DNA of 64,000 bases from positions 9,759 through 73,758 of the forward strand of contig JBDLTB010000015.1 of NCBI GenBank assembly GCA_039799245.1. The letters are read 5' to 3'. The notes below the pieces were generated by a model. It was not told the origin of the DNA, made no database searches, and saw nothing but the letters and a program-made list of their open reading frames with translations. This document shows, in pieces, positions 1-12,142 of this stretch (positions within the stretch are counted from its first letter, which is position 1; every line of letters starts with the position of its first letter). Made by a program: the position numbers and the translations under genes. Origin of the DNA: Cyanobacteriota bacterium. GTDB lineage: Bacteria; Cyanobacteriota; Cyanobacteriia; PCC-6307; Cyanobiaceae.

Positions 1-37
1 ATGGGGGGAAATAGTGCTGTCCATGGCCGGTTAATTC

Positions 38-856
38 TTAGGCGGTGACGGGAGCAGGGGTGTTGTCAGTGAGCCATTGCTCGTAGGCTTCGCGCCCATG
101 GACCACAATTGAAGTGTGCATTGCGCCATGGTAAAGACCACAGAGCTCTGCACAAACAATTGGGTAGGTGCCAGGACGATTGGCGGTGAAAGAAAGCACG
201 GTGGGTTGCCCAGGAATAATGTCTTGCTTCAGCCGAAACTGGGGCACCCAGAAGGCATGAATAACATCATTAGCTTGCATATTTAGTTGCACCAGCTGAC
301 CCTCTGGCACATGCAATTCTCCACTGATGATATTGCTATCGGGGTAGCGAAAAATAAAGGCAAATTGCATTGCAGTTACATCGACCGAAACCGCTGGGGT
401 TAGCCCTGGGGCGCTGCCGATACCCGCCCAAACCCGATCACTGTCGCTCTTCTCCTCCATGGCCCCCATGGCATGCATCGAGCCATGGTCATTGAGGGGA
501 ACCATGCCCCCCATGCGTTCGTAGATGTTGTAGCTGTATAACCCCACAAACAGCACTACGACGGCTGGAATTGCCGTCCAAACGATCTCCAAGGGCAAGT
601 TTCCTTCAATGGCAGCGCCATCGCCAAGATCCCCCTCGGTGCGCCGAAAACGCACCATGGCGTAAATCAGCAGCCCAAGTACACCAAGGAACAGCATCGT
701 GCCGATGCTGAACAACACTTGAAATAGTTCGTCATAAACCGGGGCATTGATGCTGGCCTGAAGGGGGAGCAAATCAACATTTTCGCCCACCCACAGACCC
801 GCCAGTACCAGCAGGACGCTCACCAGAGCGATGGAAAAAGCAAGACGTACGGACAA
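38..856 (-). CDS. ctaC: cytochrome c oxidase subunit II (CtaC/CoxB)
   Basis: 272-aa ORF with N-terminal TM helices followed by the CuA-centre signature HAFWVPQF...CAELCGLYHGAM. TTG start at 856. A probable ctaD start (ATG at 24, minus strand) lies 13 nt downstream and runs off the window. Confidence 0.9.
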   Translation of the reverse strand: MSVRLAFSIALVSVLLVLAGLWVGENVDLLPLQASINAPVYDELFQVLFSIGTMLFLGVLGLLIYAMVRFRRTEGDLGDGAAIEGNLPLEIVWTAIPAVVVLFVGLYSYNIYERMGGMVPLNDHGSMHAMGAMEEKSDSDRVWAGIGSAPGLTPAVSVDVTAMQFAFIFRYPDSNIISGELHVPEGQLVQLNMQANDVIHAFWVPQFRLKQDIIPGQPTVLSFTANRPGTYPIVCAELCGLYHGAMHTSIVVHGREAYEQWLTDNTPAPVTA

Positions 857-970
857 GGTTCCCTAAATGAACCTTCAACACCCTATGGAGAAGCGATCGT
901 CCCGGTTGAACAACGCTCTAAATATGTTGAAGGCCAGATCAAACTTGGCCCTGCGGCCCGCGGGCTCCGT

Positions 971-1066
971 TCAGCCCCCGGCGGCAAAGGTGCCCAGCAC
1001 TAGCACAGAGATCAGCATGCCGGGGAGCAGCAGCTCCACCAGCAAGCCCAGGTCATGGGGGGTCAT
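971..1066 (-). CDS. candidate 31-codon hydrophobic micro-ORF upstream of ctaC (MTPHDLGLLVELLLPGMLISVLVLGTFAAGG)
   Basis: This is the internal ATG of the 971..1162 ORF. From this ATG onward about 26/30 codons end in G/C, as in real genes here, whereas the upstream part of the ORF is A/T-ending. It has one predicted TM helix and I recognise no homology. Confidence 0.25.
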   Translation of the reverse strand: MTPHDLGLLVELLLPGMLISVLVLGTFAAGG

Positions 1067-1228
1067 GGGCAAATTTTTGGGGGATTTGCCCAGGCTAAGC
1101 AGCGCCTGCCCTCCAATCCCGGGTGGGCTTAAGAACAGATGTTTAATTCCTGGCCCAAACAAGCCAATCGTTCCTTAGCTAAGGAGGTTCCCCCTCGGCC
1201 CCCAACCCGCTAGCCACCCCTTTTCCCC

Positions 1229-1492
1229 ATGGAACGCCCCCAGGCCTATCAACTGCGCTGCACCCTCACCTTTGGAGACATTTATGGCCAAATCCTGATC
1301 TGGATGCTGGTGATCTTCGTGAGCTTGGCGGCTGGTATGGCCCTGATGGGTGCCCGCAGTCCAATTTTCGCTCTGATCGTGGTGGGCATGATTTTGGTGC
1401 TTTCGTTGCCGTTTTTACTATTTGCCTTCACCACCACCCTGCTCAACCACATCGCCCTAGACCCTTCACCAAATCCGGCCCAAAGTGCCTGA
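1229..1492 (+). CDS. hypothetical small membrane protein (2 predicted TM helices)
   Basis: 87-aa ORF with an ATG start, genome-typical GC3-rich codons and two long hydrophobic stretches. I recognise no family. Confidence 0.5.
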   Translation: MERPQAYQLRCTLTFGDIYGQILIWMLVIFVSLAAGMALMGARSPIFALIVVGMILVLSLPFLLFAFTTTLLNHIALDPSPNPAQSA

Positions 1493-1548
1493 GCGGCTAA
1501 CTGGCCCTTAAGATCCATTCACCCCTGCGCGGGCGGCGGCCGCTCCCC

Positions 1549-1968
1549 ATGGCACCAATCACATTCGGTAAAGGGGAAGGGTCAAGTACAGCCAATCAGT
1601 TAGACGTCATCCGCATCTCTGGCTTCCGTTGCTACGGCTACACGGGTTACTTTCCCGAAGAAAATGTTCTCGGCCAGTGGTTTGAGCTCGACCTAAGCAT
1701 CTGGCTAGATTTGTCTATCACCGCCGCAAACGATCAGCTCGAGCACACGCTCAACTACGCCGAAGTGGTGGAACGGGTGAAGACATTAGTTGAAAACTCT
1801 CGCTTTAAAACGATCGAACGGCTCAACTCCGCTGTTGCTGAATCAATACTTGCCTTCCCCCCCGTTTCCAAAGTGCATACCCGGCTGGTGAAGTTGTCGC
1901 CGCCGATTCCGGGCTTTGGGGGCCAGATCGCCATCGAGATGACCCGCTCGAAAGGCGAGCTTCCCTAA
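1549..1968 (+). CDS. folB: dihydroneopterin aldolase
   Basis: FolB-like core IRISGFRCYGYTGYFPEENVLGQWFELDL...LNYAEVVERV. It sits immediately upstream of folK. Confidence 0.85.
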   Translation: MAPITFGKGEGSSTANQLDVIRISGFRCYGYTGYFPEENVLGQWFELDLSIWLDLSITAANDQLEHTLNYAEVVERVKTLVENSRFKTIERLNSAVAESILAFPPVSKVHTRLVKLSPPIPGFGGQIAIEMTRSKGELP

Positions 1969-1983
1969 CCTTTCAGCAACTAA

Positions 1984-2517
1984 ATGGAGCTCCCCCAGGA
2001 ACCGCCCCCGGCACCGCTGCCCCAAGCCGCCATTGCCCTCGGCAGCAACCTGGGCGACTCCCTAAGCACCCTGGAGCAGGCCCTAGAGCTACTCCACCAA
2101 AGTCCCGGGGTGCGGCTGCTCTGCCGCTCCAGTTGGTATCGAACCGCCCCCATCGGCCCTATCCAACCGGACTACATCAACGGCTGTGCCCTCCTGGAGG
2201 TAACCCTGGCGCCCGCCGCCCTGCTCAGCCGTTTACTCGCCACCGAAAACCACTTTGGCCGCGTTAGGGGCGAGCGCTGGGGTCCCCGCACCCTCGACCT
2301 CGATCTGATCCTCTACGGCCAGCTCAGCCTCCACACAGCGGAGTTGCAACTGCCCCATCCGCGCATGGGGGAGCGCGCCTTCGTGCTCACACCCCTGGCG
2401 GAGATAGCTCCAGCCTGGATCCACCCAGGATTTGGCCGCCCGGTGCAGGATCTGGCCAGGGAGTTGGCGGGGGAGGGGGTGCTCGAACGGCTGGAGGAAA
2501 GACCGGCCCATAGATAA
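1984..2517 (+). CDS. folK: 2-amino-4-hydroxy-6-hydroxymethyldihydropteridine diphosphokinase
   Basis: HPPK motifs AIALGSNLGD, WGPRTLDLDLILYG and LPHPRMGERAFVLTPL. Confidence 0.9.
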   Translation: MELPQEPPPAPLPQAAIALGSNLGDSLSTLEQALELLHQSPGVRLLCRSSWYRTAPIGPIQPDYINGCALLEVTLAPAALLSRLLATENHFGRVRGERWGPRTLDLDLILYGQLSLHTAELQLPHPRMGERAFVLTPLAEIAPAWIHPGFGRPVQDLARELAGEGVLERLEERPAHR

Positions 2518-4347
2518 GTGGCATGGGAAACTCACCCCTTGATCCCCGGTACCCCCATGCGCAGCCACTCCTGCGGCGACCTGCGCAGCGAAGCGATCGA
2601 CACCAGCGTGCTGTTGAGCGGCTGGGTGGACCGGCGCCGCGACCATGGCGGCGTGATTTTCATTGACCTGCGCGACCGCAGCGGCACCGTGCAGATCACC
2701 GTGGACCCTGACCTGGGGGCCGAAGCCTTTGCCGCGGCCGAACACCTGCGCAATGAAACAGTGCTGCAGGTGAAAGGGGTGGTGAGGGCCAGGCCCGCGG
2801 AAGCATTAAACGATCGCCTCGCCACCGGGGCGGTGGAGGTGTTGGCGGAAACGCTGCTGGTGCTCAATGCCCCCCGGCGCCCCCTGCCCTTCCAGGTGTC
2901 GGTGCACGACGAGGAGCCGGTGCGGGAGGAACTGCGCCTACGCCACCGCTACCTCGACCTGCGCCGCGAACGCATGCGCCGCAACCTCAGCCTGCGGCAC
3001 CTCACGATCCAAACCGCCCGCCGCTTCCTGGAGGATGAGGGCTTCATCGAGGTGGAAACCCCGGTGCTCACCCGTTCCACCCCGGAGGGGGCCCGCGATT
3101 ACCTGGTGCCCTCGCGGGTGTGTGGCGGCGAGTGGTTTGCCCTGCCCCAGTCCCCCCAGCTGTTCAAGCAGCTGCTGATGGTGGGCGGCCTGGAGCGTTA
3201 TTACCAGGTGGCCCGCTGTTTCCGCGATGAGGACCTGCGGGCCGACCGCCAGCCGGAATTCACCCAGCTGGACCTGGAAATGAGCTTCCTGGGCCAGGAA
3301 GAAATCCTCGAGCTAAACGAACGGCTAATCGCCGCCATCTGGAAGCGGGTGAAGGGCATTGAGCTGCCCCTGCCCCTACCGCGGCTCACCTGGCATGAGG
3401 CCATGGAGCGCTACGGCTGCGACCGGCCCGACACCCGCTATGGCATGGAGCTCACCAACGTGAGCGACCTGGTGGCCGCCATGGGCTTCAAGGTGTTCTC
3501 CGGCGCCGTGGCCAGCGGTGGGTCGGTGAAATGCATTGCCGTGCCCGGTGGCAACGACGCCGTGAGCAACGTGCGGATCAAGCCGGGGGGCGATGTGTTT
3601 AGCCAGGCCCAGGCGGCGGGGGCCGGCGGGCTGGCCTTCATCCGGGTGCGGGAAAACGGCGAGATCGACACGATTGGCGCCATCAAGGACAACCTGAGCG
3701 AGGCCAAAAAAGCCGAGTTACTAGAACGCACCGGCGCAGTTCCCGGCACGCTGCTGCTATTTGGCGCCGGCGATACGGCCACGGTGAACAAAGCGCTTGA
3801 TCGGGTGCGCCAGTACCTGGCCAAGGAGTTGGGTCTTATTCCGGAGGGGGCCTGGAACTTCCTCTGGGTGGTGGATTTCCCGATGTTTGAGTTCAACTCC
3901 GACGAAAACCGGCTCGAAGCCCTCCACCATCCCTTCTGCGCCCCCAACCCCGAGGACGCCCACGACCTGGCCACGGCCCGGGCCCAGGCCTACGACCTGG
4001 TGCTCAACGGCCTGGAGCTAGGGGGCGGCTCCCTGCGCATCCATGACTCCGAGCTGCAACGCCAGGTGCTCCAAACCATCGGCCTGCCCCAGGAGGAAGC
4101 CGAAAAACAGTTCGGTTTCCTGCTGGAGGCCCTGGAGATGGGGGCTCCCCCCCACGGCGGCATCGCCTTCGGCGTTGATCGTTTGGTGATGTTGCTGGCC
4201 GGGGAGGATTCTATCCGCGACACAATTGCCTTCCCCAAGACCCAACAGGCCCGCTGCCTGATGACCGGTGCCCCCGGCGGCGCCAGCGATGCCCAGCTGG
4301 AGGAACTGCATGTGGCCAGCACCTGGGTGCCACCGGAAGAGAACTAA
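2518..4347 (+). CDS. aspS: aspartate--tRNA ligase
   Basis: Class II aaRS motifs [26 protein letters not shown] and [12 protein letters not shown], with an N-terminal OB-fold region. GTG at 2518; an alternative ATG at 2557 ([10 protein letters not shown]) is at least as likely. Confidence 0.95.
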   Translation: MAWETHPLIPGTPMRSHSCGDLRSEAIDTSVLLSGWVDRRRDHGGVIFIDLRDRSGTVQITVDPDLGAEAFAAAEHLRNETVLQVKGVVRARPAEALNDRLATGAVEVLAETLLVLNAPRRPLPFQVSVHDEEPVREELRLRHRYLDLRRERMRRNLSLRHLTIQTARRFLEDEGFIEVETPVLTRSTPEGARDYLVPSRVCGGEWFALPQSPQLFKQLLMVGGLERYYQVARCFRDEDLRADRQPEFTQLDLEMSFLGQEEILELNERLIAAIWKRVKGIELPLPLPRLTWHEAMERYGCDRPDTRYGMELTNVSDLVAAMGFKVFSGAVASGGSVKCIAVPGGNDAVSNVRIKPGGDVFSQAQAAGAGGLAFIRVRENGEIDTIGAIKDNLSEAKKAELLERTGAVPGTLLLFGAGDTATVNKALDRVRQYLAKELGLIPEGAWNFLWVVDFPMFEFNSDENRLEALHHPFCAPNPEDAHDLATARAQAYDLVLNGLELGGGSLRIHDSELQRQVLQTIGLPQEEAEKQFGFLLEALEMGAPPHGGIAFGVDRLVMLLAGEDSIRDTIAFPKTQQARCLMTGAPGGASDAQLEELHVASTWVPPEEN

Positions 4348-4390
4348 GCAGACGGAGAAGTAACTGAAGTAAGCCAGAGGAGAACTGCAG

Positions 4391-4450
4391 GGCACAGCCG
4401 CTAAAAGGCACAGCTGCTGAAGGGCAAAGCTGCTAGGGGCACAGCAATAG
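4391..4450. repeat. degenerate 16-nt tandem repeat (about 3.7 units, GGCACAGCYGCTRARR)
   Basis: Read directly: ggcacagccgctaaaa / ggcacagctgctgaag / ggcaaagctgctaggg / gcacagcaatag. Confidence 0.8.
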
Positions 4451-4531
4451 TTTTCAGGCCTAGTTTTTAGGCAGGACTTTTAGGCTTATGCCTGGCTTTT
4501 AGGCGTGGCTTTTGAGTGTGGCTTTGGGGCC
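4451..4531. repeat. degenerate tandem repeat of about 13 nt with a TTTTAGGC core (5-6 units)
   Basis: Read directly: ttttcaggcctag / tttttaggcaggac / ttttaggcttatgcctggc / ttttaggcgtggc / ttttgagtgtggc / tttggggcc. Confidence 0.8.
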
Positions 4532-4547
4532 AGAACCCCTAGGCCAA

Positions 4548-4602
4548 GACCCCTATGGAAATGACTAGGGTTAGATGACTAGGGTCATTTTCCATAGGGG
4601 TC
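4548..4602. repeat. 55-nt near-perfect inverted repeat (18/19-nt arms, 18-nt spacer)
   Basis: gacccctatggaaatgac ... gtcattttccataggggtc; the arms differ only by one A in an A-run. The 10-mer atgactaggg occurs twice (4561..4570 and 4575..4584). Confidence 0.8.
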
Positions 4603-4791
4603 TGGCTAGGTAGTGATTAAAACTGCCCATCCCTTTATCAGGGGAAATCCATTGGCCAAGTTCCAATTTCCAAGTTCAAGGGGCCCACTGGCGAGACTGT
4701 TCTGATCGGGAAATCCCCTTGCCGGAACGCCCCCGCAAGGGCCAGGATTAAGCAGGATCAGTTACGAACCCCCCCCCCGAGAGCAATAGCC

Positions 4792-7553
<2,762 letters not shown>

Positions 7554-7557
<4 letters not shown>

Positions 7558-8054
7558 CGCAGCTGGGCCGCTTGGCTGCTGTTTTCGGCTTTCCAGAGGC
7601 GATAGCGCACCGTGAAGCCGTCGGGGGCGTACACCACGATCGGCAGGCTGGCATTGAAGGGCAGCACAAAGGGCCTATCGCCCAGGGGCACAAATTGCTT
7701 GCTGGGGGGCTGCCCAGGGCAGGCCCTACGGGTGGAGACCATTGGTCCGGGTTGTTCCACCCGGTAAACGCTGTAGCCAAGGCCCGGCAGCCGTTCAGAG
7801 CGCAGGCGACCGGTGACCCGGTGCTGGTTGCAATCCAGCTCCAACTCCTGGCCCACCAACAGCTGCACCCGCCAATCGGCCGGGTTGTTGGAAATGCTGG
7901 CATCGGCTGAGGGCCGCAGCAGGGGGTTGAGCTGGATCACCCAGCGTTGTTCCCCCGCCCCAGGGGCCGGATAGGGCTTGAGGTCCAGCAGTGGGATCGC
8001 CCCGGCGGGGGCGGCCGCCAGGGTCAAAACAGCAAACAGGGCAACGCTGCGCAC
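7554..8054 (-). CDS. eco: ecotin-family periplasmic serine-protease inhibitor
   Basis: Alignable by eye along its whole length to E. coli ecotin: YPxP..., [19 protein letters not shown] vs [24 protein letters not shown] vs [30 protein letters not shown] vs [21 protein letters not shown]. Both disulfide Cys are conserved. Signal peptide [19 protein letters not shown]; GTG start. Confidence 0.8.
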
Positions 8055-8092
8055 AGGTCTTGTATCAAAGTGGTAACCATCCTGGCCCCCCC

Positions 8093-8770
8093 ATGGCTTC
8101 CCGAGCAGCCACCGCCGTTGCCCTGCTTTCCGGCGGCCTTGATTCCGCCACCGCTGCGGCCCTGGCCCAAGAGGCCGGCCTGCGGGTGATTGGTCTCTCC
8201 TTTGACTACGGCCAGCGGCACCGGCGCGAACTCCAGGCCGCCACTGCCATGGCCCAGCACCTGGGCCTAGCTGAACACCACACCATGGCCGTGAACCTGG
8301 CCGCCTGGGGGGGCTCGTCGCTCACCGATCTGCAGCAGGCCGTCCCCAGCGATGGGGTGGTGGAGGGGCTAATCCCCAGCACCTATGTGCCCGGGCGCAA
8401 CACCGTGTTCATCGCCCTGGGCCTGGGCCTGGCCGAGGCCCGGGGGGCCGAACGGCTGGTGTTAGGCGTAAATGCCGTGGATTATTCGGGCTACCCCGAC
8501 TGCCGACCCGATTACCTACAAGCCTTCCAACAGCTGGCCGATCTGGCCAGCAAGAGTGGCCGGGAGGGCCATGGGGCCCAGCTCTGGGCGCCGCTGGTGC
8601 ATTGGAGCAAAACCAGGATCGTGGCCGAGGCCCTGCGGCTGGAGCTACCCATCGAGCTCACCTGGAGCTGTTACTCCGGTGCGGATAAACCCTGTGGCCG
8701 CTGCGACAGCTGCCGGATCCGCGATGCCGCCCTAAGGGAGGCCGGCCGGCCGGATCTGGCCGGTCGATGA
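8093..8770 (+). CDS. queC: 7-cyano-7-deazaguanine synthase
   Basis: PP-loop ALLSGGLDS and C-terminal Zn Cys cluster [13 protein letters not shown] at 8093; the ORF-track extension to 7991 overlaps eco. Confidence 0.9.
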   Translation: MASRAATAVALLSGGLDSATAAALAQEAGLRVIGLSFDYGQRHRRELQAATAMAQHLGLAEHHTMAVNLAAWGGSSLTDLQQAVPSDGVVEGLIPSTYVPGRNTVFIALGLGLAEARGAERLVLGVNAVDYSGYPDCRPDYLQAFQQLADLASKSGREGHGAQLWAPLVHWSKTRIVAEALRLELPIELTWSCYSGADKPCGRCDSCRIRDAALREAGRPDLAGR

Positions 8771-10065
8771 CGCCGCTGCCCTGGTGGGAACCCAGCTGCC
8801 TGGCGGCCGCCCTGGCCCGCAGCTTTGGCCAGGAGGGGCTGGTGTGGCTGGATGGTGATGGCAGCCCCCTGGGGCGGCATGGGCTGTTGGCGGTGGCCCC
8901 TGAGCAACAACTGCGCTGTGCTGGCCTGCCCGGCGACCCCGGCAGCCGTGACCCGTTTGAGGCCTTGGAGGAGCTGAGCCAAGACCGCCGTGGCACCTGG
9001 TTGGGCTGGCTGGCCTACGAGGCCGGCGCCTGGGTGGAACCAGGCCCCCATTGGCAACGGCCCGACATGGCCATGCTCTGGGCCGGCCGTTATGGGGCGG
9101 TGGTGCAGCTGGATCTGGAAAAGCGCCAGCTCAGGGTGAGCGGTGAAGGTAAGCAGCGCCAGGCCCTGGAGGCCTTGATTCGCTCCGGGCCAGGGGAGGC
9201 GGCGGCCCCGCTGGAAAGCCCCACCGGCCTGGCCCTAGACCAATGGCAGTGGCACACCCCCCCGGCCAGCTTTCAGCAACAGCTGCAAGAGGTGCAGGCC
9301 TGGATCAGCGCCGGGGACCTCTTCCAGGCAAATCTCACCGCCTGTGCCGAACAGAACCTGGCCACCGCCGTTGATCCCCTTGCCCTTTACCAACGGCTAC
9401 GGCGCCACTGCCCGGCCCCCTTTGCTGGGCTGATGGTGGCCAACGCCCAAGAGGCGGTGCTCAGTGCTTCCCCAGAACGCTTCCTGCAACTGCAACCCTC
9501 TGGCCAGGTGGAAACCCGACCAATCAAAGGCACCCGACCCCGCCACCAGGAGCCAAGCCTGGATGCCGATGCCGCCGCCGAACTAATTACCAGCGCCAAG
9601 GACCGGGCCGAAAACGTGATGATCGTGGACCTAATGCGCAATGACCTGGGCCGGGTTTGTGAACCGGGCAGCATCGATGTGCCCCAGCTCTTGGGCCTCG
9701 AGAGCTATGCCCAGGTGCATCACCTCACCTCGGTGGTTACCGGCAAGTTGCGGAAAAACCAAGACCTGGTGGCCCTGCTGCGGGCCTGCTGGCCCGGCGG
9801 TTCGATCACTGGCGCCCCCAAGATCCGGGCTTGCCAGCGCTTAAACCAGCTGGAACCAGTGGCCCGGGGCCCCTACTGCGGCAGTTTCTTCCGGCTGGAT
9901 AGCGATGGCAGCTTCGATAGCAACCTCTTAATCCGCAGCATCATGGTGCGCGGCAAACGCCTGCGGGTGCATGGGGGCTGCGGCATTGTTGCCGATTCCG
10001 ACCCTGGCCAGGAGGCGGCGGAACTGGGCTGGAAGGTGCAACCGCTGTTGCAGGCCCTGGGGTGA
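8767..10065 (+). CDS. pabB: aminodeoxychorismate synthase component I (chorismate-binding enzyme family)
   Basis: [37 protein letters not shown] and GAPKIRA motifs. ATGA overlap with queC, and followed by pabC. Confidence 0.8.
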   Translation: MTPLPWWEPSCLAAALARSFGQEGLVWLDGDGSPLGRHGLLAVAPEQQLRCAGLPGDPGSRDPFEALEELSQDRRGTWLGWLAYEAGAWVEPGPHWQRPDMAMLWAGRYGAVVQLDLEKRQLRVSGEGKQRQALEALIRSGPGEAAAPLESPTGLALDQWQWHTPPASFQQQLQEVQAWISAGDLFQANLTACAEQNLATAVDPLALYQRLRRHCPAPFAGLMVANAQEAVLSASPERFLQLQPSGQVETRPIKGTRPRHQEPSLDADAAAELITSAKDRAENVMIVDLMRNDLGRVCEPGSIDVPQLLGLESYAQVHHLTSVVTGKLRKNQDLVALLRACWPGGSITGAPKIRACQRLNQLEPVARGPYCGSFFRLDSDGSFDSNLLIRSIMVRGKRLRVHGGCGIVADSDPGQEAAELGWKVQPLLQALG

Positions 10066-10877
10066 CGGCAGCCATCGCCTGGGTAGGTGATCAATGGGGC
10101 CCCCCAAACCAGCTGGGGGTGCCCCTCGATGACCGGGGCCTGACCCTGGCCGATGGGGTATTCGAAACCGTACTGGTGCGCCAGGGGCAACCGCAGCTGC
10201 TGGCGGAGCACCTGGAGCGCTGGCAACGGGGGGCCTCCCTGCTAGGGCTAGCGTCGCCGCCGCCGTTGGCGGCCGTGCAAAACCTGGCCGCCAGCGCCGT
10301 GGAACGCAGTGGCATTCATGCGGGCGCCCTGCGGCTCAACTGGAGCCGCGGCAGTGGCGGCCGCGGGTTGAGCTGCCCTGAACCCCCCGGCCCCGGCCGC
10401 TGCTGGGGCAGCCTTTATCCCCACCAGCCGGGGTTTCAACCCCTAAGGGTGCAGGTGAGCCGGCTGTTGACCCGGTCCGCCAGCAGCCCCCTGAGCCAAT
10501 GCAAAAGCTTTGCTTACACCGAGCTGGTGTTGGCCCGGCGCCAGGCCCAATCAGCCGGCTTTGACGACGCCCTGCTGCTGAGCAGCGCCGGTGGGCTCTG
10601 CTGCGGCACAGCCGCCAACCTGCTGGTGCTGCGGGGGGGGTGCTGGCTCACCCCAGGCCAAGCCAGTGGTTGTTTACCAGGGGTGATGCGGGGCCGGGCC
10701 CTGGCCCTGGGCCTCGCCGCTGAGGCGCCATTGGGCAACGAGCTGGCCCCTGGGGAGGCGGCTGTGTTGCTAAATAGTCTTGATTGCCGACCTCTAAATG
10801 CCAGCGCAGCCCCCTTAGCAAAGGCGCTATTTGAACAGCTTCTGGAAAATTCAACTGCCAGAGAAAATCATAAATAG
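10062..10877 (+). CDS. pabC: aminodeoxychorismate lyase (class IV aminotransferase fold)
   Basis: N-terminal DDRGLTLADGVFETVLV motif. GTGA overlap with the pabB stop. Confidence 0.7.
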   Translation: MTAAIAWVGDQWGPPNQLGVPLDDRGLTLADGVFETVLVRQGQPQLLAEHLERWQRGASLLGLASPPPLAAVQNLAASAVERSGIHAGALRLNWSRGSGGRGLSCPEPPGPGRCWGSLYPHQPGFQPLRVQVSRLLTRSASSPLSQCKSFAYTELVLARRQAQSAGFDDALLLSSAGGLCCGTAANLLVLRGGCWLTPGQASGCLPGVMRGRALALGLAAEAPLGNELAPGEAAVLLNSLDCRPLNASAAPLAKALFEQLLENSTARENHK

Positions 10878-10980
10878 CGAACAAAATCTGAATTTCCCAG
10901 GGCAAATGGCGATTCCGTGACGATTGCCACCGTTATGAACGGCGAACCATGACTTGATGAGAAGACTTGGAACAGCCGCC

Positions 10981-11259
10981 ATGGCTCAACGCACCTGCAG
11001 CTATCGCAATGGCCTAGACAGAATGGTAATTTTGCGTTGCTTTGGCAGCGAGCAGTATTACCTAGAGCGGGTGGTGTTTCCGTTTGAATTGCTCAATTTC
11101 AGCGCCCCGGCCGATGGGGAGGTGGAGATCTGGAGCCATGGCCTGGGCGGCCCCGAACTGGTGGAAACCTTTCCGATTCGCGAATTGATTAGCGAAGCAG
11201 AGAGTGTAGATAATTCAGAAGCGCTTGACCAGGCCGAATCCCTAGCCTTAAGCCATTAA
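10981..11259 (+). CDS. DUF1830-family cyanobacterial protein
   Basis: CSYRNGLDRMVILRCFG...YYLERVVFPFELLNFSAP...VEIW matches my recollection of the DUF1830 pattern (CxYxN ... ERVVFPG). The ORF opens at 10954 (TTG/ATG); ATG 10981 is preferred. Confidence 0.6.
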   Translation: MAQRTCSYRNGLDRMVILRCFGSEQYYLERVVFPFELLNFSAPADGEVEIWSHGLGGPELVETFPIRELISEAESVDNSEALDQAESLALSH

Positions 11260-11286
11260 AACAAGGGCTAATGGCCCTTCATTAAA

Positions 11287-11338
11287 GCCTAAATCTATGG
11301 CCTAAACCTGTGGCTTAAGTCTGTGACCTAAATTTACT
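11287..11338. repeat. 13-nt tandem repeat x4 (GCCTAAAYCTRTG), reverse complement of the TTTAGGC core seen at 4451..4531
   Basis: Read directly: gcctaaatctatg / gcctaaacctgtg / gcttaagtctgtg / acctaaatttact. It lies between the convergent DUF1830 gene and urtE. Confidence 0.8.
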
Positions 11339-11434
11339 ACCTTTATATGACAACATTGACCCTTAGGCCTGCCCCAAAATCATAGCCTTATCCACGGCAC
11401 ACTCCACTCCCTTGGCTTACAGCCTGCAACCCAT

Positions 11435-12142
11435 CTATACGCTTAGAAATTTATTAACCACTTCCTTGCTGAGTTCAGCAGTGGGGCCACTGGCCACCAT
11501 GCCCCCCTTCTGCATGGCGTAATACCAATCGGCTTGGCGTACAAAGTGAAGATGCTGCTCCACCAGCAACACACTGATCCCAGTGCTAACAATAATCCGC
11601 CGCACGGCCCGTTCGATATCAAGCACCACTGAAGGTTGAATGCCTTCCGTAGGTTCATCAAGCAACAACAACTTGGGTTTACCGAGCAGGGCCCGGGCAA
11701 TGGCCAACTGCTGTTGTTGACCACCACTGAGGTCACCCCCCTGGCGATTAAGAAAACCCTCAAGCACCGGGAACAACTCAAAAACCAAAGGATCTATGTG
11801 CCTCTGCCGACCCAAGCCCCCAGGCAGAGCCTCCAAGCCCAGCAGCAGATTTTCACGAACCGTGAGCTGGGGAATGATTTCGCGGCCCTGGGGCACATAG
11901 GCGATGCCACGGCGGGCCCGCTGGTGGGGGGGCATGCTGCTAATTGATTCCCCTAGCAACTCAAGCGAACCGCTGCGTTGCTTCAGCAAGCCGATCACAG
12001 TTTTGAGCAGGGTGGTTTTACCGACCCCATTGCGTCCAATCAAACAAACCATCTGACCGGGGCGCACGGTGAGATCCACATCCCGCAGGATATGGCTCTG
12101 GCCGTAAAAGACATTGAGCCCGCGCACATCAAGCACAGCCAT
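11435..12142 (-). CDS. urtE: urea ABC transporter ATP-binding protein UrtE
   Basis: LivF-like ATPase with Walker A GRNGVGKTT and signature LSGGQQQ. Last gene of the urtABCDE order; ATGA overlap with urtD. Confidence 0.9.
   Translation of the reverse strand: MAVLDVRGLNVFYGQSHILRDVDLTVRPGQMVCLIGRNGVGKTTLLKTVIGLLKQRSGSLELLGESISSMPPHQRARRGIAYVPQGREIIPQLTVRENLLLGLEALPGGLGRQRHIDPLVFELFPVLEGFLNRQGGDLSGGQQQQLAIARALLGKPKLLLLDEPTEGIQPSVVLDIERAVRRIIVSTGISVLLVEQHLHFVRQADWYYAMQKGGMVASGPTAELSKEVVNKFLSV

Noticed and set aside
867-1178. 103-aa plus-strand ORF in the ctaC upstream spacer.
   Set aside because: Ser/Pro-rich low-complexity sequence with no motifs and mixed codon third-position usage. It overlaps the more coding-like minus-strand micro-ORF.
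4391-4531. Considered whether the tandem repeats could be a degenerate CRISPR array.
   Set aside because: The units are only 13-16 nt, contiguous without spacers, and degenerate. No cas genes or leader are present.
7991-8092. Upstream extension of the queC ORF overlapping the eco 5' end.
   Set aside because: The QueC PP-loop begins right after ATG 8093, and the extension overlaps the ecotin signal-peptide region on the other strand.
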